This document shows, piece after piece, positions 1-10,322 of a stretch of DNA of 64,000 nucleotides. A model generated the notes under the pieces. That model did not search any database, was not told where the DNA came from, and saw only the letters and a program-made list of their open reading frames with translations. Position 1 is the stretch's first letter; each line of letters begins with the position of its first letter. Source of the stretch: Escherichia coli (GTDB lineage Bacteria > Pseudomonadota > Gammaproteobacteria > Enterobacterales > Enterobacteriaceae); assembly GCF_044647545.1 (NCBI RefSeq), contig NZ_CP172818.1. The stretch is one strand, 5' to 3'. The translations under genes and the position numbers were made by a program.

Positions 1-47
1 CAAAATAAAAATTATACATTTAAATAGTGATGCGTTATTCTTCGCGG

Positions 48-152
48 GTTATATGCCTTTATTGTCACAAAGATTATTTTCTGTTGGACCCTTGTTACTG
101 TTTATCCAACAAATAATGAGACAAGCCCGAACAGTCGTCCGGGCTTTTTTTT
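48..152 (+). ncRNA. micC: MicC small regulatory RNA (OmpC-repressing, Hfq-dependent)
   Basis: 5' end GTTATATGCCTTTATTGTCACA matches the MicC seed as I remember it; 3' end is a GC hairpin (GCCCGAACAGTCGTCCGGGC) plus T8 intrinsic terminator; sits immediately beyond the ydbK stop as in K-12. The middle of the RNA was not verified. Confidence 0.7.
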
Positions 153-180
153 AGAATTGGATAATCCTTATCCAGAGCAT

Positions 181-3100
181 TTAATCGGTGTTGCTTTTTT
201 CAGCTTTTCCGGCCATTTGTGCCAGGAAGTCATAGCGTTTTTGCAAATCAGCTGCAGCATCTTTCCATAACTGTTCTGCCACTTCTGGCTGCTGCGAATT
301 CAGACGACGGAAACGCTGCTCGTGAAGTAACGTTTCTTCCAGTGCTTCTGACGGCGGGCGTGAATCCAGCGCCAGCGGTAGTTTGCCTTCATCGGCACGA
401 CGAGGATCAAAGCGATATAACGGCCAGAAGCCGGTAGCAGTGAGTTGGCGCATCTGGTCGTGGCTGAGAGCCAGATCGTAACCATGCTCTTCACACGGGC
501 TATAAGCAATGATCAGCGATGGTCCCGGATACGCTTCCGCTTCCTGAATCGCTTTCACCGTCTGGTTCAGCTGCGCGCCGAGAGAAATCTGCGCCACATA
601 AACATGACCGTACATCATCATACTGACGCCAAGATCTTTACGCGCTTTACGTTTGCCGTGCTCGCCGAACTTAGTTACTGCACCCAGCGGTGTCGCTTTC
701 GACGCCTGACCACCAGTGTTGGAATAGCATTGCGTATCCAGCACCAGAATATTGACGTTTTCCGTCAAACTCAATACATGATCCAGACCACCAAAGCCGA
801 TATCGTAAGCCCAGCCGTCACCACCAATCAGCCAGATTGATTTTTCCACCAGAGCATCTGCGTCACGTAGCAGTTCATGTGCTTCGGCAACATCGTTGAG
901 TTGCTGGCGTAAAGCTGCAACCTGTTCACGACGAATCTCTGGCGTAGCGTCTGATTTCAACGCAGTCAGTAATTCCGCCGGGATTTTATCGGCAAATTGA
1001 TCCAGCAGACGCAGCACGCGGACACGGTGTTGATCGACCGTCAGGCGGAAACCCAGGCCAAATTCGGCGTTATCTTCAAACAGCGAGTTCGCCCATGCCG
1101 GCCCGCGACCGTTGGCATCGGTAGTATACGGTGTAGAGGGCAGGTTACCGCCATAAATTGAAGAACATCCCGTAGCGTTAGCGATCAACATCCGGTCGCC
1201 ATACAGCTGAGTCAGCAATTTAATATACGGCGTCTCGCCACAACCGGAGCAAGCACCGGAATATTCAAACAGCGGTGTAATCAGCTGTGATGTACGAATA
1301 TCAATACGTTCCAGTTTGCTACGGTCGATTTCTGGCAGGTTGAGGAAGAAATCGTAATTGATTTTCTCTTCTTCGACATGTTCCAGCCGCGACATCATAT
1401 TGATGGCTTTAATCTCTGGATTCTGACGGTCTTTCGCCGGGCAAACTTCGACGCACAGGTTACAACCGGTGCAATCTTCCGGAGCCACCTGCAAGACATA
1501 TTTCTGCCCGCGCATATCACGCGATTTCACATCCAGCGAATGCAGGCTGGCAGGGGCGTTTTCCATCGCTTCAGGCGGTACCACTTTTGCGCGAATAGCT
1601 GAGTGTGGGCAAGCAGCGACGCAGTGGTTACATTGGGTACAGAGTTCCTCTTTCCAGATGGGGATCTCTTCGGCGATATTGCGTTTTTCCCAGCGCGTGG
1701 TGCCCATCGGCCAGGTGCCGTCTGGCGGCAGCGCCGAAACGGGGAGGGCATCACCAAGCCCGGCGAGCATCGCCGCGGTTACGGTTTTCACGAAATCAGG
1801 GGCGGCATCGGAAACCACTGGCGGTCGATTGGCGCTGTGCGGATTTACTGGTTGCAGCGGAACTTCTTCTACGGATTCACGTGCCAGCGCCAGAGCCTGC
1901 CAGTTGCGTTCCACCAGATCCTGACCTTTGCTACTGTAACTTTTGGCAATCGCACCCTGCAATTCTGCGAGGGCGCTATCGCCAGGCAGAATTTGCGTAA
2001 GATGGAAAAAAGCCATCTGCATGACGGTATTAATACGGGCCGCCAGGCCACATTCGCGGGCGATTTTCGCCGCGTTAATCACATAGAAGCGCGCTTTTTT
2101 CTGGTTTAACACGGCCTGAACTTCCTGCGGCAAGCGCGACCATACTTCATCTGCGCTGTACGGCGTGTTGAGCAGGAAAATGCCGCCAGGTTTTAAACGT
2201 TCAGCCATCTGATATTTATCGATAAACTGCAACTGGTGGCAGCCAACAAAATCAGCCTGGGGAATCAGATAAGCGGAACGAATCGGCTGCTCGCTCACGC
2301 GAAGGTGAGAAACCGTCAGGCCGCCCGCCTTTTTGGAGTCGTAAACAAAATAGCCCTGTGCGTACCACGGCGTGGAATTACCGATAATCTTGATATTGTT
2401 TTTGGTCGCGGAAACGCTGCCATCACTACCAAGGCCATAAAACAAGGCTTCAAGTTTCGCCGAGTTTGGCAGGGTGTTATCCGGCAACGGCAGTGACAGA
2501 TTGGTCACATCATCGTAAATACCAACCGTAAAGCGCGCTTTCGGTTTAGCCGCGTTGAGCTCGGCAAATACCGCCAGTACACAGTCCGGGCCAAATTCTT
2601 TGGATGAAAGACCATAGCGCCCACCAATGACACGGGGCAGGGTTTCGCGCTCACCATTATTAAAGGCTTCTGCCAGTGCGGTCATCACATCCAGATAGAG
2701 CGGTTCTGCCTGGGCACCGGGTTCTTTGGTTCTGTCCAGTACCGCCACGCTGCGTACGGATCCCGGCAGAGCTTGTAGCAAGTGTTTGGCGGAGAAGGGA
2801 CGGTACAGGCGAACTTTCAGCACGCCGACTTTTTCGCCACGGGTTAGCAGTTCATCAACCACTTCTTCACAGGTGCCAATGGCAGAGCCCATCAGGATAA
2901 TCACCCGTTCCGCTTGCGGATGCCCGTAATACTCAAACGGCTGATACTGACGACCTGTCGCGGCAGCGAAATCATTCATCGCCTGTTCAACATGGTCATA
3001 GACCGCGTTGTACCAGGGGTTGGTGGCTTCGCGAGACTGGAAATAAGTGTCAGGATTGGCGGACGTACCGCGGATCACCGGATGTTCCGGGTTGAGCGCC

Positions 3101-3705
3101 CGGGCGCGATGAGCATCAATTTCGGCCTGCGGCATGAGATCAAGAATAGTGTCATCGGCCAGCGGGACAATTTTATTGATTTCGTGGGACGTGCGGAAAC
3201 CATCAAAGAAATGAATAAATGGCACGCGGCTCTTCAGCGTTGCGATGTGCGAAATGAGAGCAAAGTCTTGCGCTTCCTGGACGTTAGCCGCACACAACAT
3301 CGCGCAACCCGTCTGGCGCACCGCCATAACGTCGGAATGATCGCCAAAAATAGAGAGTGCATGTGTGGCAACGGTACGTGCCGCTACATGCAGGACAAAT
3401 GGCGTCAGTTCGCCTGCCAGTTTGTACAGCGTCGGGATCATCAGCAGCAAACCCTGCGATGACGTAAACGATGTTGAAAGGGCACCCGTCTGCAAAGCGC
3501 CATGCACGGTAGCGATAGCACCCGCTTCCGACTGCATTTCAACCACGCGTGGTGTGTCTCCCCAAACGTTCTTCAAGCCGTTTCCGGCCCAGGCATCAGC
3601 CTGTTCTGCCATCGTGGAACTGGGGGTAATAGGGTAGATGGCGATAACTTCACTGGTGCGAAACGCCACCGAAGCAACCGCGCCATTACCGTCAATAGTA
3701 ATCAT
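181..3705 (-). CDS. ydbK: pyruvate:flavodoxin/ferredoxin oxidoreductase (PFOR, NifJ-like), 1174 aa
   Basis: Single 1174-aa ORF; two 4Fe-4S ferredoxin motifs (CTQCNHCVAACP, CTGCNLCVEVCP) and a TPP-binding GGDGW motif visible in the translation; length matches YdbK. Confidence 0.95.
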   Translation of the reverse strand: MITIDGNGAVASVAFRTSEVIAIYPITPSSTMAEQADAWAGNGLKNVWGDTPRVVEMQSEAGAIATVHGALQTGALSTSFTSSQGLLLMIPTLYKLAGELTPFVLHVAARTVATHALSIFGDHSDVMAVRQTGCAMLCAANVQEAQDFALISHIATLKSRVPFIHFFDGFRTSHEINKIVPLADDTILDLMPQAEIDAHRARALNPEHPVIRGTSANPDTYFQSREATNPWYNAVYDHVEQAMNDFAAATGRQYQPFEYYGHPQAERVIILMGSAIGTCEEVVDELLTRGEKVGVLKVRLYRPFSAKHLLQALPGSVRSVAVLDRTKEPGAQAEPLYLDVMTALAEAFNNGERETLPRVIGGRYGLSSKEFGPDCVLAVFAELNAAKPKARFTVGIYDDVTNLSLPLPDNTLPNSAKLEALFYGLGSDGSVSATKNNIKIIGNSTPWYAQGYFVYDSKKAGGLTVSHLRVSEQPIRSAYLIPQADFVGCHQLQFIDKYQMAERLKPGGIFLLNTPYSADEVWSRLPQEVQAVLNQKKARFYVINAAKIARECGLAARINTVMQMAFFHLTQILPGDSALAELQGAIAKSYSSKGQDLVERNWQALALARESVEEVPLQPVNPHSANRPPVVSDAAPDFVKTVTAAMLAGLGDALPVSALPPDGTWPMGTTRWEKRNIAEEIPIWKEELCTQCNHCVAACPHSAIRAKVVPPEAMENAPASLHSLDVKSRDMRGQKYVLQVAPEDCTGCNLCVEVCPAKDRQNPEIKAINMMSRLEHVEEEKINYDFFLNLPEIDRSKLERIDIRTSQLITPLFEYSGACSGCGETPYIKLLTQLYGDRMLIANATGCSSIYGGNLPSTPYTTDANGRGPAWANSLFEDNAEFGLGFRLTVDQHRVRVLRLLDQFADKIPAELLTALKSDATPEIRREQVAALRQQLNDVAEAHELLRDADALVEKSIWLIGGDGWAYDIGFGGLDHVLSLTENVNILVLDTQCYSNTGGQASKATPLGAVTKFGEHGKRKARKDLGVSMMMYGHVYVAQISLGAQLNQTVKAIQEAEAYPGPSLIIAYSPCEEHGYDLALSHDQMRQLTATGFWPLYRFDPRRADEGKLPLALDSRPPSEALEETLLHEQRFRRLNSQQPEVAEQLWKDAAADLQKRYDFLAQMAGKAEKSNTD

Positions 3706-3978
3706 ATGACACCCTTACATTGCGCAAATGAGGGGCGCACGAAATTGCTGCGCGCCCAGTAGTTATCTTTCAATTTTAGCAAATGGCTTTCTTCTGCATT
3801 TTCGCTTTTGTGTCCCCCATATCAGTGTAATGAATGTTTTGATCAAACAGAGGGCAAAAAAATAGCCATAAAAAAGTAAAAATGCGGGGCAACGCGCAGG
3901 ACAGCTCTCGACGCCGCCCTCTGTGCTGCCTATTATTTATGGCGGTGTCGTTTGGCTTGAAGATCAGAGGAAGAAAAG

Positions 3979-4245
3979 ATGCGAGCAGCGTTTTGGGTAG
4001 GGTGTGCCGCTTTATTATTGTCGGCGTGTAGTAGTGAACCTGTTCAGCAGGCGACTGCGGCGCACGTAGCGCCAGGTTTAAAAGCGTCGATGTCCAGTAG
4101 TGGAGAAGCAAATTGTGCAATGATCGGCGGTTCGCTTTCTGTTGCCCGTCAACTGGATGGTACGGCGATTGGGATGTGTGCATTACCCAACGGCAAACGC
4201 TGTAGCGAACAGTCACTTGCCGCCGGGAGCTGTGGCAGCTATTAA
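3979..4245 (+). CDS. ydbJ: small lipoprotein (DUF333 family), 88 aa
   Basis: 88-aa ORF with lipoprotein signal and lipobox (LLLSAC); position between ydbK and hslJ. Confidence 0.8.
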   Translation: MRAAFWVGCAALLLSACSSEPVQQATAAHVAPGLKASMSSSGEANCAMIGGSLSVARQLDGTAIGMCALPNGKRCSEQSLAAGSCGSY

Positions 4246-4664
4246 TTCATTAAATCCGCCAGCTTATAAGTTAATGTCTGTTTCGCGGTCGCCAGCGTTA
4301 ACTGGTTCGCGGTCAGATCCACTTGTGCACCTTCTTTCAGCATTTCGCTAATGGTGTTATCGAGTTCATTAAGCTGTGGGTTGGCGCACATCATACGGGT
4401 CATTGCCAGTCCTTTGGCTGTCAGTTCACCATTAGACAGTTTGCCTTCACCGCTAAAGCGGTTACACATGCTGCCGGAAATCATCATTTTTTCACCAAAG
4501 CTGATTTCTGGCGGATTTTTATCGCTGGTCACGGGCTTACCGTTTACGCTTTCCAGCACAAAGCGATGATGCTGTAGCTGTTCTGGGGTTACAGCAATTT
4601 TGTCATTACTTACACATCCCGCCATCAGCAGGCTTAGCGCAACAAACGCGGCTACTTTCTTCAT
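4242..4664 (-). CDS. hslJ: heat-shock lipoprotein HslJ, 140 aa
   Basis: ORF 4242-4676 trimmed to the MKKVAAFVALSLLMAGC start (lipobox); 140 aa fits HslJ. Confidence 0.85.
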   Translation of the reverse strand: MKKVAAFVALSLLMAGCVSNDKIAVTPEQLQHHRFVLESVNGKPVTSDKNPPEISFGEKMMISGSMCNRFSGEGKLSNGELTAKGLAMTRMMCANPQLNELDNTISEMLKEGAQVDLTANQLTLATAKQTLTYKLADLMN

Positions 4665-4774
4665 TGTGGTTCTCAATTACAGTTTCTGACTCAGGGCTAT
4701 TTTAAGAATAGAGGATGAAAGGTCTTTGGGGATTATCTGAATAAGCTCCCCTGGAATGCAGGGGAGCGGCAAGA

Positions 4775-5764
4775 TTAAACCAGTTCGTTCGGGCAGGTTT
4801 CGCCTTTTTCCAGATTGCTTAAGTTTTGCAGCGTAGTCTGAGAAATACTGGTCAGAGCTTCTGCTGTCAGGAATGCCTGATGCCCGGTAAACAGCACGTT
4901 GTGGCAGGCAGACAGGCGACGGAATACGTCATCCTGAATTACGTCGTTGGATTTATCTTCAAAGAAAAGATCGCGTTCGTTCTCATACACGTCCATACCC
5001 AACGAACCAATTTTCTGATTTTTCAGCGCTTCAATTGCTGCCTGAGAATCAATCAATGCACCGCGACTGGTATTGACGATCATCACGCCATTTTTCATCT
5101 GTTCGAAGGCAGCTTCGTTCAACAGATGATAGTTTTCCGGTGTCAGCGGGCAGTGCAGAGAGATAACGTCTGATTCAGAGAACAGGGTTGGCAGATCGAC
5201 ATACTCCACACCGAGTTCCAGTGCCGCCGCACTTGGATACGGATCGAACGCCAGCAGACGCATACCAAAACCTTTCAGAATGCGCAGCATCGCCACACCG
5301 ATTTTGCCGGTACCGATAACGCCTGCCGTTTTGCCATACATAGTAAAGCCGGTCAGACCTTCCAGAGAGAAGTTGGCGTCACGGGTACGCTGATACGCGC
5401 GGTGAATACGGCGGTTCAGCGTCATCATCATACCGATGGCATGTTCAGCAACGGCTTCTGGATCATAGGCTGGAACACGGACTACTTTCAGCCCCAGTTC
5501 TTTTGCCGCGTCAAGGTCGACGTTATTGAAACCGGCACAGCGCAGGGCGATATATTTAACGCCGTGCTTTTTCAGCTCTTCCAGCACCGGGCGGCTGCCG
5601 TCATCGTTTACGAAAATACATACCGCTTCGCAGCCATTGGCAGTTTTAGCGGTTTTTTCCGTCAGCAGAAAGTCAAAAAATTCCAGCTCAAAGCCAAAGG
5701 ACTCGTTCACCTGTTGCAGGTACTTCTTGTCGTACTGTTTTGTGCTATAAACGGCGAGTTTCAT
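4775..5764 (-). CDS. ldhA: fermentative D-lactate dehydrogenase (NAD-dependent 2-hydroxyacid dehydrogenase), 329 aa
   Basis: 329-aa ORF MKLAVYSTKQYDKKYLQQVNE..., with the NAD-binding GVIGTGKIG motif of D-isomer 2-hydroxyacid dehydrogenases. Confidence 0.95.
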   Translation of the reverse strand: MKLAVYSTKQYDKKYLQQVNESFGFELEFFDFLLTEKTAKTANGCEAVCIFVNDDGSRPVLEELKKHGVKYIALRCAGFNNVDLDAAKELGLKVVRVPAYDPEAVAEHAIGMMMTLNRRIHRAYQRTRDANFSLEGLTGFTMYGKTAGVIGTGKIGVAMLRILKGFGMRLLAFDPYPSAAALELGVEYVDLPTLFSESDVISLHCPLTPENYHLLNEAAFEQMKNGVMIVNTSRGALIDSQAAIEALKNQKIGSLGMDVYENERDLFFEDKSNDVIQDDVFRRLSACHNVLFTGHQAFLTAEALTSISQTTLQNLSNLEKGETCPNELV

Positions 5765-5971
5765 AAGACTTTCTCCAGTGATGTTGAATCACATTTAAGC
5801 TACTAAAAATATTTTACAAAATTTCAAATATAATTGAAAGCTATGGCGATATTGAAAAATTCATCAACAACTATGCTTAGTGTAGGCGCAACCTTCAACT
5901 GAACGGTTAAACATGCCACAATACCCGTATTGAATGCTTAATTTTTCGCTAAATCAGGATATTAACTACCC

Positions 5972-8611
5972 ATGCTGGGTAAATATAAAGCCGTTCTCGC
6001 GCTGTTATTACTGATTATTCTTGTGCCGTTGACGCTGCTGATGACGCTCGGGCTGTGGGTTCCTACGCTGGCGGGCATCTGGCTACCGCTCGGGACACGT
6101 ATTGCATTAGATGAAAGCCCACGCATTACGCGTAAAGGTTTAATCATTCCCGATCTCCGTTATCTGGTGGGAGATTGTCAGCTTGCGCATATCACCAACG
6201 CCAGCCTTTCACATCCCAGCCGCTGGTTATTGAACGTCGGCACGGTAGAACTTGATTCTGCTTGTCTGGCGAAATTGCCGCAGACGGAGCAATCGCCAGC
6301 CGCTCCAAAAACCCTCGCGCAGTGGCAGGCCATGTTGCCTAACACCTGGATCAATATCGATAAACTGATTTTTTCTCCCTGGCAGGAATGGCAGGGAAAA
6401 CTCTCTCTCGCATTAACCTCCGATATCCAGCAACTGCGTTATCAGGGCGAAAAAGTTAAATTTCAAGGCCAGCTGAAAGGGCAACAACTTACAGTCAGCG
6501 AACTGGATGTCGTCGCGTTTGAAAATCAGCCGCCGGTTAAACTGGTGGGGGAATTTACTATGCCGCTCGTGCCGGATGGACTTCCGGTAAGTGGGCATGC
6601 TACTGCGACGTTAAACTTGCCGCAGGAACCGTCACTGGTGGATGCAGAGCTGGACTGGCAGGAAAATAGCGGGCAATTGATCGTGCTGGCACGGGATAAC
6701 GGCGATCCGTTGCTCGATTTGCCGTGGCAAATTACTCGTCAACAATTGACCGTAAGCGATGGTCGCTGGAGCTGGCCGTATGCAGGTTTTCCTTTGAGTG
6801 GCCGACTGGGTGTCAAAGTCGACAACTGGCAGGCAGGGCTCGAGAACGCTCTGGTCAGCGGACGACTGAGTGTGCTGACCCAGGGGCAAGCGGGTAAGGG
6901 CAACGCGGTGCTTAATTTTGGCCCTGGAAAATTAAGCATGGATAACAGCCAGCTGCCTATGCAGCTGACCGGTGAAGCGAAACAGGCGGATCTCATTTTA
7001 TACGCCCGCTTACCTGCGCAGCTAAGCGGAAGTCTGACTGACCCAACGCTGGCCTTTGAGCCAGGCGCGTTATTACGTTCGAAGGGAAGAGTCATCGATT
7101 CGCTGGACATCGATGAAATCCGCTGGCCTTTAGCGGGTGTAAAAGTCACCCAACGTGGTGTTGACGGACGTTTGCAGGCCATTTTGCAGGCGCATGAAAA
7201 TGAACTGGGCGATTTCGTGCTGCATATGGATGGACTGGCGAATGATTTTCTCCCTGACGCTGGCCGCTGGCAGTGGCGCTACTGGGGAAAAGGCAGTTTT
7301 ACACCGATGAATGCCACCTGGGATGTCGCAGGAAAGGGTGAGTGGCATGACAGCACGATTACGCTGACCGATCTCTCCACCGGTTTCGACCAGTTACAAT
7401 ACGGTACGATGACGGTTGAAAAGCCGCGACTAATTCTCGACAAGCCCGTCGTCTGGGTACGTGACGCACAGCATCCCTCCTTTAGCGGCGCGCTGTCACT
7501 GGACGCCGGGCAAACGCTGTTCACTGGCGGCAGTGTGTTACCGCCATCAACCTTAAAATTTAGCGTCGATGGACGCGATCCGACGTATTTCCTCTTTAAA
7601 GGCGATTTACATGCTGGTGAGATTGGCCCGGTTCGGGTAAATGGTCGCTGGGACGGTATTCGTCTGCGCGGTAACGCCTGGTGGCCTAAACAATCACTGA
7701 CCGTATTCCAGCCGCTGGTGCCACCCGACTGGAAGATGAACTTACGCGATGGCGAACTATATGCCCAGGTCGCATTTTCTGCTGCGCCTGAACAAGGATT
7801 CCGCGCGGGAGGGCACGGTGTGTTGAAAGGCGGTAGTGCCTGGATGCCAGATAATCAGGTTAACGGTGTCGATTTTGTCCTGCCTTTCCGTTTTGCCGAT
7901 GGAGCCTGGCATCTGGGGACTCGCGGCCCCGTTACGTTGCGAATTGCCGAAGTGATTAATCTGGTGACAGCGAAAAATATTACGGCTGATTTGCAAGGTC
8001 GTTATCCGTGGACTGAAGAAGAACCATTGCTGTTGACTGATGTTAGCGTTGATGTGTTAGGCGGTAACGTACTGATGAAACAATTACGTATGCCGCAACA
8101 TGACCCGGCGCTGTTGCGGCTGAATAATCTTTCCTCCAGCGAACTGGTTAGCGCCGTCAATCCGAAACAATTCGCCATGTCCGGGGCATTTAGTGGTGCA
8201 TTGCCGTTATGGCTAAACAACGAAAAATGGATAGTGAAAGATGGTTGGCTGGCAAATAGCGGGCCAATGACCTTGCGGCTGGATAAAGACACCGCAGATG
8301 CGGTGGTGAAAGACAATATGACTGCGGGTTCAGCAATTAACTGGTTGCGCTATATGGAAATTAGCCGTTCATCGACAAAAATTAATTTAGATAATCTCGG
8401 TTTATTAACCATGCAGGCCAACATTACAGGTACCAGTCGCGTTGATGGTAAAAGCGGTACGGTAAATCTTAATTACCATCATGAAGAGAATATTTTTACG
8501 CTGTGGCGCAGTTTACGCTTTGGCGATAATCTCCAGGCATGGTTGGAGCAGAACGCACGTCTGCCGGGAAATGACTGTCCGCAAGGAAAAGAGTGTGAGG
8601 AAAAACAATGA
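5972..8611 (+). CDS. ydbH: AsmA-like large inner-membrane-anchored periplasmic protein, 879 aa
   Basis: 879-aa ORF with N-terminal transmembrane anchor; stop overlaps the ynbE start (ATGA), indicating translational coupling. Confidence 0.9.
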   Translation: MLGKYKAVLALLLLIILVPLTLLMTLGLWVPTLAGIWLPLGTRIALDESPRITRKGLIIPDLRYLVGDCQLAHITNASLSHPSRWLLNVGTVELDSACLAKLPQTEQSPAAPKTLAQWQAMLPNTWINIDKLIFSPWQEWQGKLSLALTSDIQQLRYQGEKVKFQGQLKGQQLTVSELDVVAFENQPPVKLVGEFTMPLVPDGLPVSGHATATLNLPQEPSLVDAELDWQENSGQLIVLARDNGDPLLDLPWQITRQQLTVSDGRWSWPYAGFPLSGRLGVKVDNWQAGLENALVSGRLSVLTQGQAGKGNAVLNFGPGKLSMDNSQLPMQLTGEAKQADLILYARLPAQLSGSLTDPTLAFEPGALLRSKGRVIDSLDIDEIRWPLAGVKVTQRGVDGRLQAILQAHENELGDFVLHMDGLANDFLPDAGRWQWRYWGKGSFTPMNATWDVAGKGEWHDSTITLTDLSTGFDQLQYGTMTVEKPRLILDKPVVWVRDAQHPSFSGALSLDAGQTLFTGGSVLPPSTLKFSVDGRDPTYFLFKGDLHAGEIGPVRVNGRWDGIRLRGNAWWPKQSLTVFQPLVPPDWKMNLRDGELYAQVAFSAAPEQGFRAGGHGVLKGGSAWMPDNQVNGVDFVLPFRFADGAWHLGTRGPVTLRIAEVINLVTAKNITADLQGRYPWTEEEPLLLTDVSVDVLGGNVLMKQLRMPQHDPALLRLNNLSSSELVSAVNPKQFAMSGAFSGALPLWLNNEKWIVKDGWLANSGPMTLRLDKDTADAVVKDNMTAGSAINWLRYMEISRSSTKINLDNLGLLTMQANITGTSRVDGKSGTVNLNYHHEENIFTLWRSLRFGDNLQAWLEQNARLPGNDCPQGKECEEKQ

Positions 8612-8793
8612 AAATTTTACTGGCTGCGTTGACGTCATCTTTTATGCTGGTTGGCTGTACGCCTCGCATTGAAGTCGCTGCCCCTAAGGAACCGATCACT
8701 ATCAATATGAACGTTAAAATTGAGCATGAGATCATCATCAAGGCAGACAAAGATGTCGAAGAGCTGCTTGAAACTCGTAGCGATCTTTTCTGA
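8608..8793 (+). CDS. ynbE: small lipoprotein YnbE, 61 aa
   Basis: 61-aa ORF MKILLAALTSSFMLVGC with lipobox; overlaps ydbH stop by 4 bp. Confidence 0.85.
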   Translation: MKILLAALTSSFMLVGCTPRIEVAAPKEPITINMNVKIEHEIIIKADKDVEELLETRSDLF

Positions 8794-8800
8794 GGCGATG

Positions 8801-9127
8801 ATGAAGAAAACATTACTTCTTTGTGCGTTTCTTGTTGGGCTGGTAAGCAGCAATGTAATGGCATTGACTCTGGATGAAGCCAGAACTCAGGGGCGGGTAG
8901 GTGAAACATTTTATGGTTATCTGGTTGCGCTGAAAACAGATGCTGAAACAGAGAAATTAGTAAACGACATTAATGCCGAACGTAAAGCGAGTTACCAACA
9001 ACTGGCAAAGCAAAATAATGTGTCGGTAGATGATATCGCGAAACTCGCCGGGCAAAAGCTCGTAGCTCGGGCCAAACCGGGGGAATATGTACAAGGGATA
9101 AACGGTAAATGGGTGCGAAAATTTTAA
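8801..9127 (+). CDS. ydbL: periplasmic protein YdbL (DUF1318), 108 aa
   Basis: ORF 8720-9127 trimmed to MKKTLLLCAFLVGLVSSNVMA signal peptide start, 8 bp after the ynbE stop; 108 aa. Confidence 0.8.
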   Translation: MKKTLLLCAFLVGLVSSNVMALTLDEARTQGRVGETFYGYLVALKTDAETEKLVNDINAERKASYQQLAKQNNVSVDDIAKLAGQKLVARAKPGEYVQGINGKWVRKF

Positions 9128-9260
9128 TAGCAAAACCGCACTATCGGGATAACGCTACAGGAGAAGGCGATTAATCTATTTTCCGGAAACAAGATGATTA
9201 TTCAAAAACTCCTGTCAAATTGCCTTTCGCCCTGAAAATGAATAGTCAAATATCTGTTTT

Positions 9261-9299
9261 AACTAATTAGCGTTGCTGTACATGCAACGCTAATTAGTT
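9261..9299. repeat. 39-bp hairpin-forming palindrome (16-bp perfect arms, 7-nt loop) at the 3' ends of ydbL and feaR
   Basis: AACTAATTAGCGTTGC-tgtacat-GCAACGCTAATTAGTT read directly; abuts the feaR stop codon (9298-9300); no flanking T-run. Confidence 0.8.
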
Positions 9300-10203
9300 A
9301 GCGGAATTTACGTCGATACTCGCCTGGCGTCATCCCAAAGCGTTGCTTAAATACCGTTGAAAAATGACTCTGGTCGGAAAATCCCCAATGAAAGCCAATG
9401 CCTGCCAGTTTTTCATCATCTGCGGCATGGCGAATCGCATCTGCACAAAAATCGAGACGACGGTTACGGATATATTGCGCGACTACCAAACCTTTATCGG
9501 CAAACATTCGGTACAAACTACGTACTGACATACCTGTCTCTCCGGCTATCCACTCCGGGCGTAATATCTCTTCGCGAATATTATCGTCTATCAACGTAAC
9601 CACTTTTTGAAACTGACGTTCACGACGAGGTTGAACAGATTCCCGCTGATGAAGTACCGGGCGCAGCAGACACACCATCGCCTGTAGCGCAGCTTCACTT
9701 TCTGTTTCAGAAAGTGCCGGATTATTCATGCTCTCCTGTAACAGGCGATGACTGAGTTGCACCATGGGTAAGTCAGCGTCCAGTCTTTCTGCGCAGATAG
9801 GTTTTTGATGGGGAAAATATTGTTCCAGCAGAGTGCGTGGCAAAAGTAATGAAATCTGTTTAGAAGACTCCTGCCAGTAAAGCGAACAGGGGCGTGAGGC
9901 ATCGAGTAACGTAATATCGCCAGCGCCAATCTGCACCTGACGCTCATCCTGCTCCATTATTGCCTGACCACTAAGCTGAAAAACGGTGTAAAACCAGGCA
10001 TCGTCGCTGCCTTTTACTTCCTGCCAGGTGCGGGATAAATTCACCCCGCTGGTTGTCACGGTACTCAGCTTTAGTCCTTTGGCAAAATGCGTGTCCAGTA
10101 CACCCGTGTAACGCTCAGTCAGCAGGCGTCCGGTAAAATTTCCGCATACCTGATTGATTTGGGAAAGCCATTGCTGAAACTCATTATCCACTGCGGGGTT
10201 CAT
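9298..10203 (-). CDS. feaR: AraC/XylS-family transcriptional activator of feaB/tynA, 301 aa
   Basis: 301-aa ORF with C-terminal AraC-type HTH; divergent from feaB. Confidence 0.9.
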   Translation of the reverse strand: MNPAVDNEFQQWLSQINQVCGNFTGRLLTERYTGVLDTHFAKGLKLSTVTTSGVNLSRTWQEVKGSDDAWFYTVFQLSGQAIMEQDERQVQIGAGDITLLDASRPCSLYWQESSKQISLLLPRTLLEQYFPHQKPICAERLDADLPMVQLSHRLLQESMNNPALSETESEAALQAMVCLLRPVLHQRESVQPRRERQFQKVVTLIDDNIREEILRPEWIAGETGMSVRSLYRMFADKGLVVAQYIRNRRLDFCADAIRHAADDEKLAGIGFHWGFSDQSHFSTVFKQRFGMTPGEYRRKFR

Positions 10204-10322
10204 GGCACGTTTTCGCTCTGTGAAATGTATTTTTATTGTTGCATTTGTGTTGCAATAAACGAAGCTAATGAGCCTGACTATAGGAAATAAGTCTTGTCAG
10301 GCATAGAGACATAAGCGGTTAT

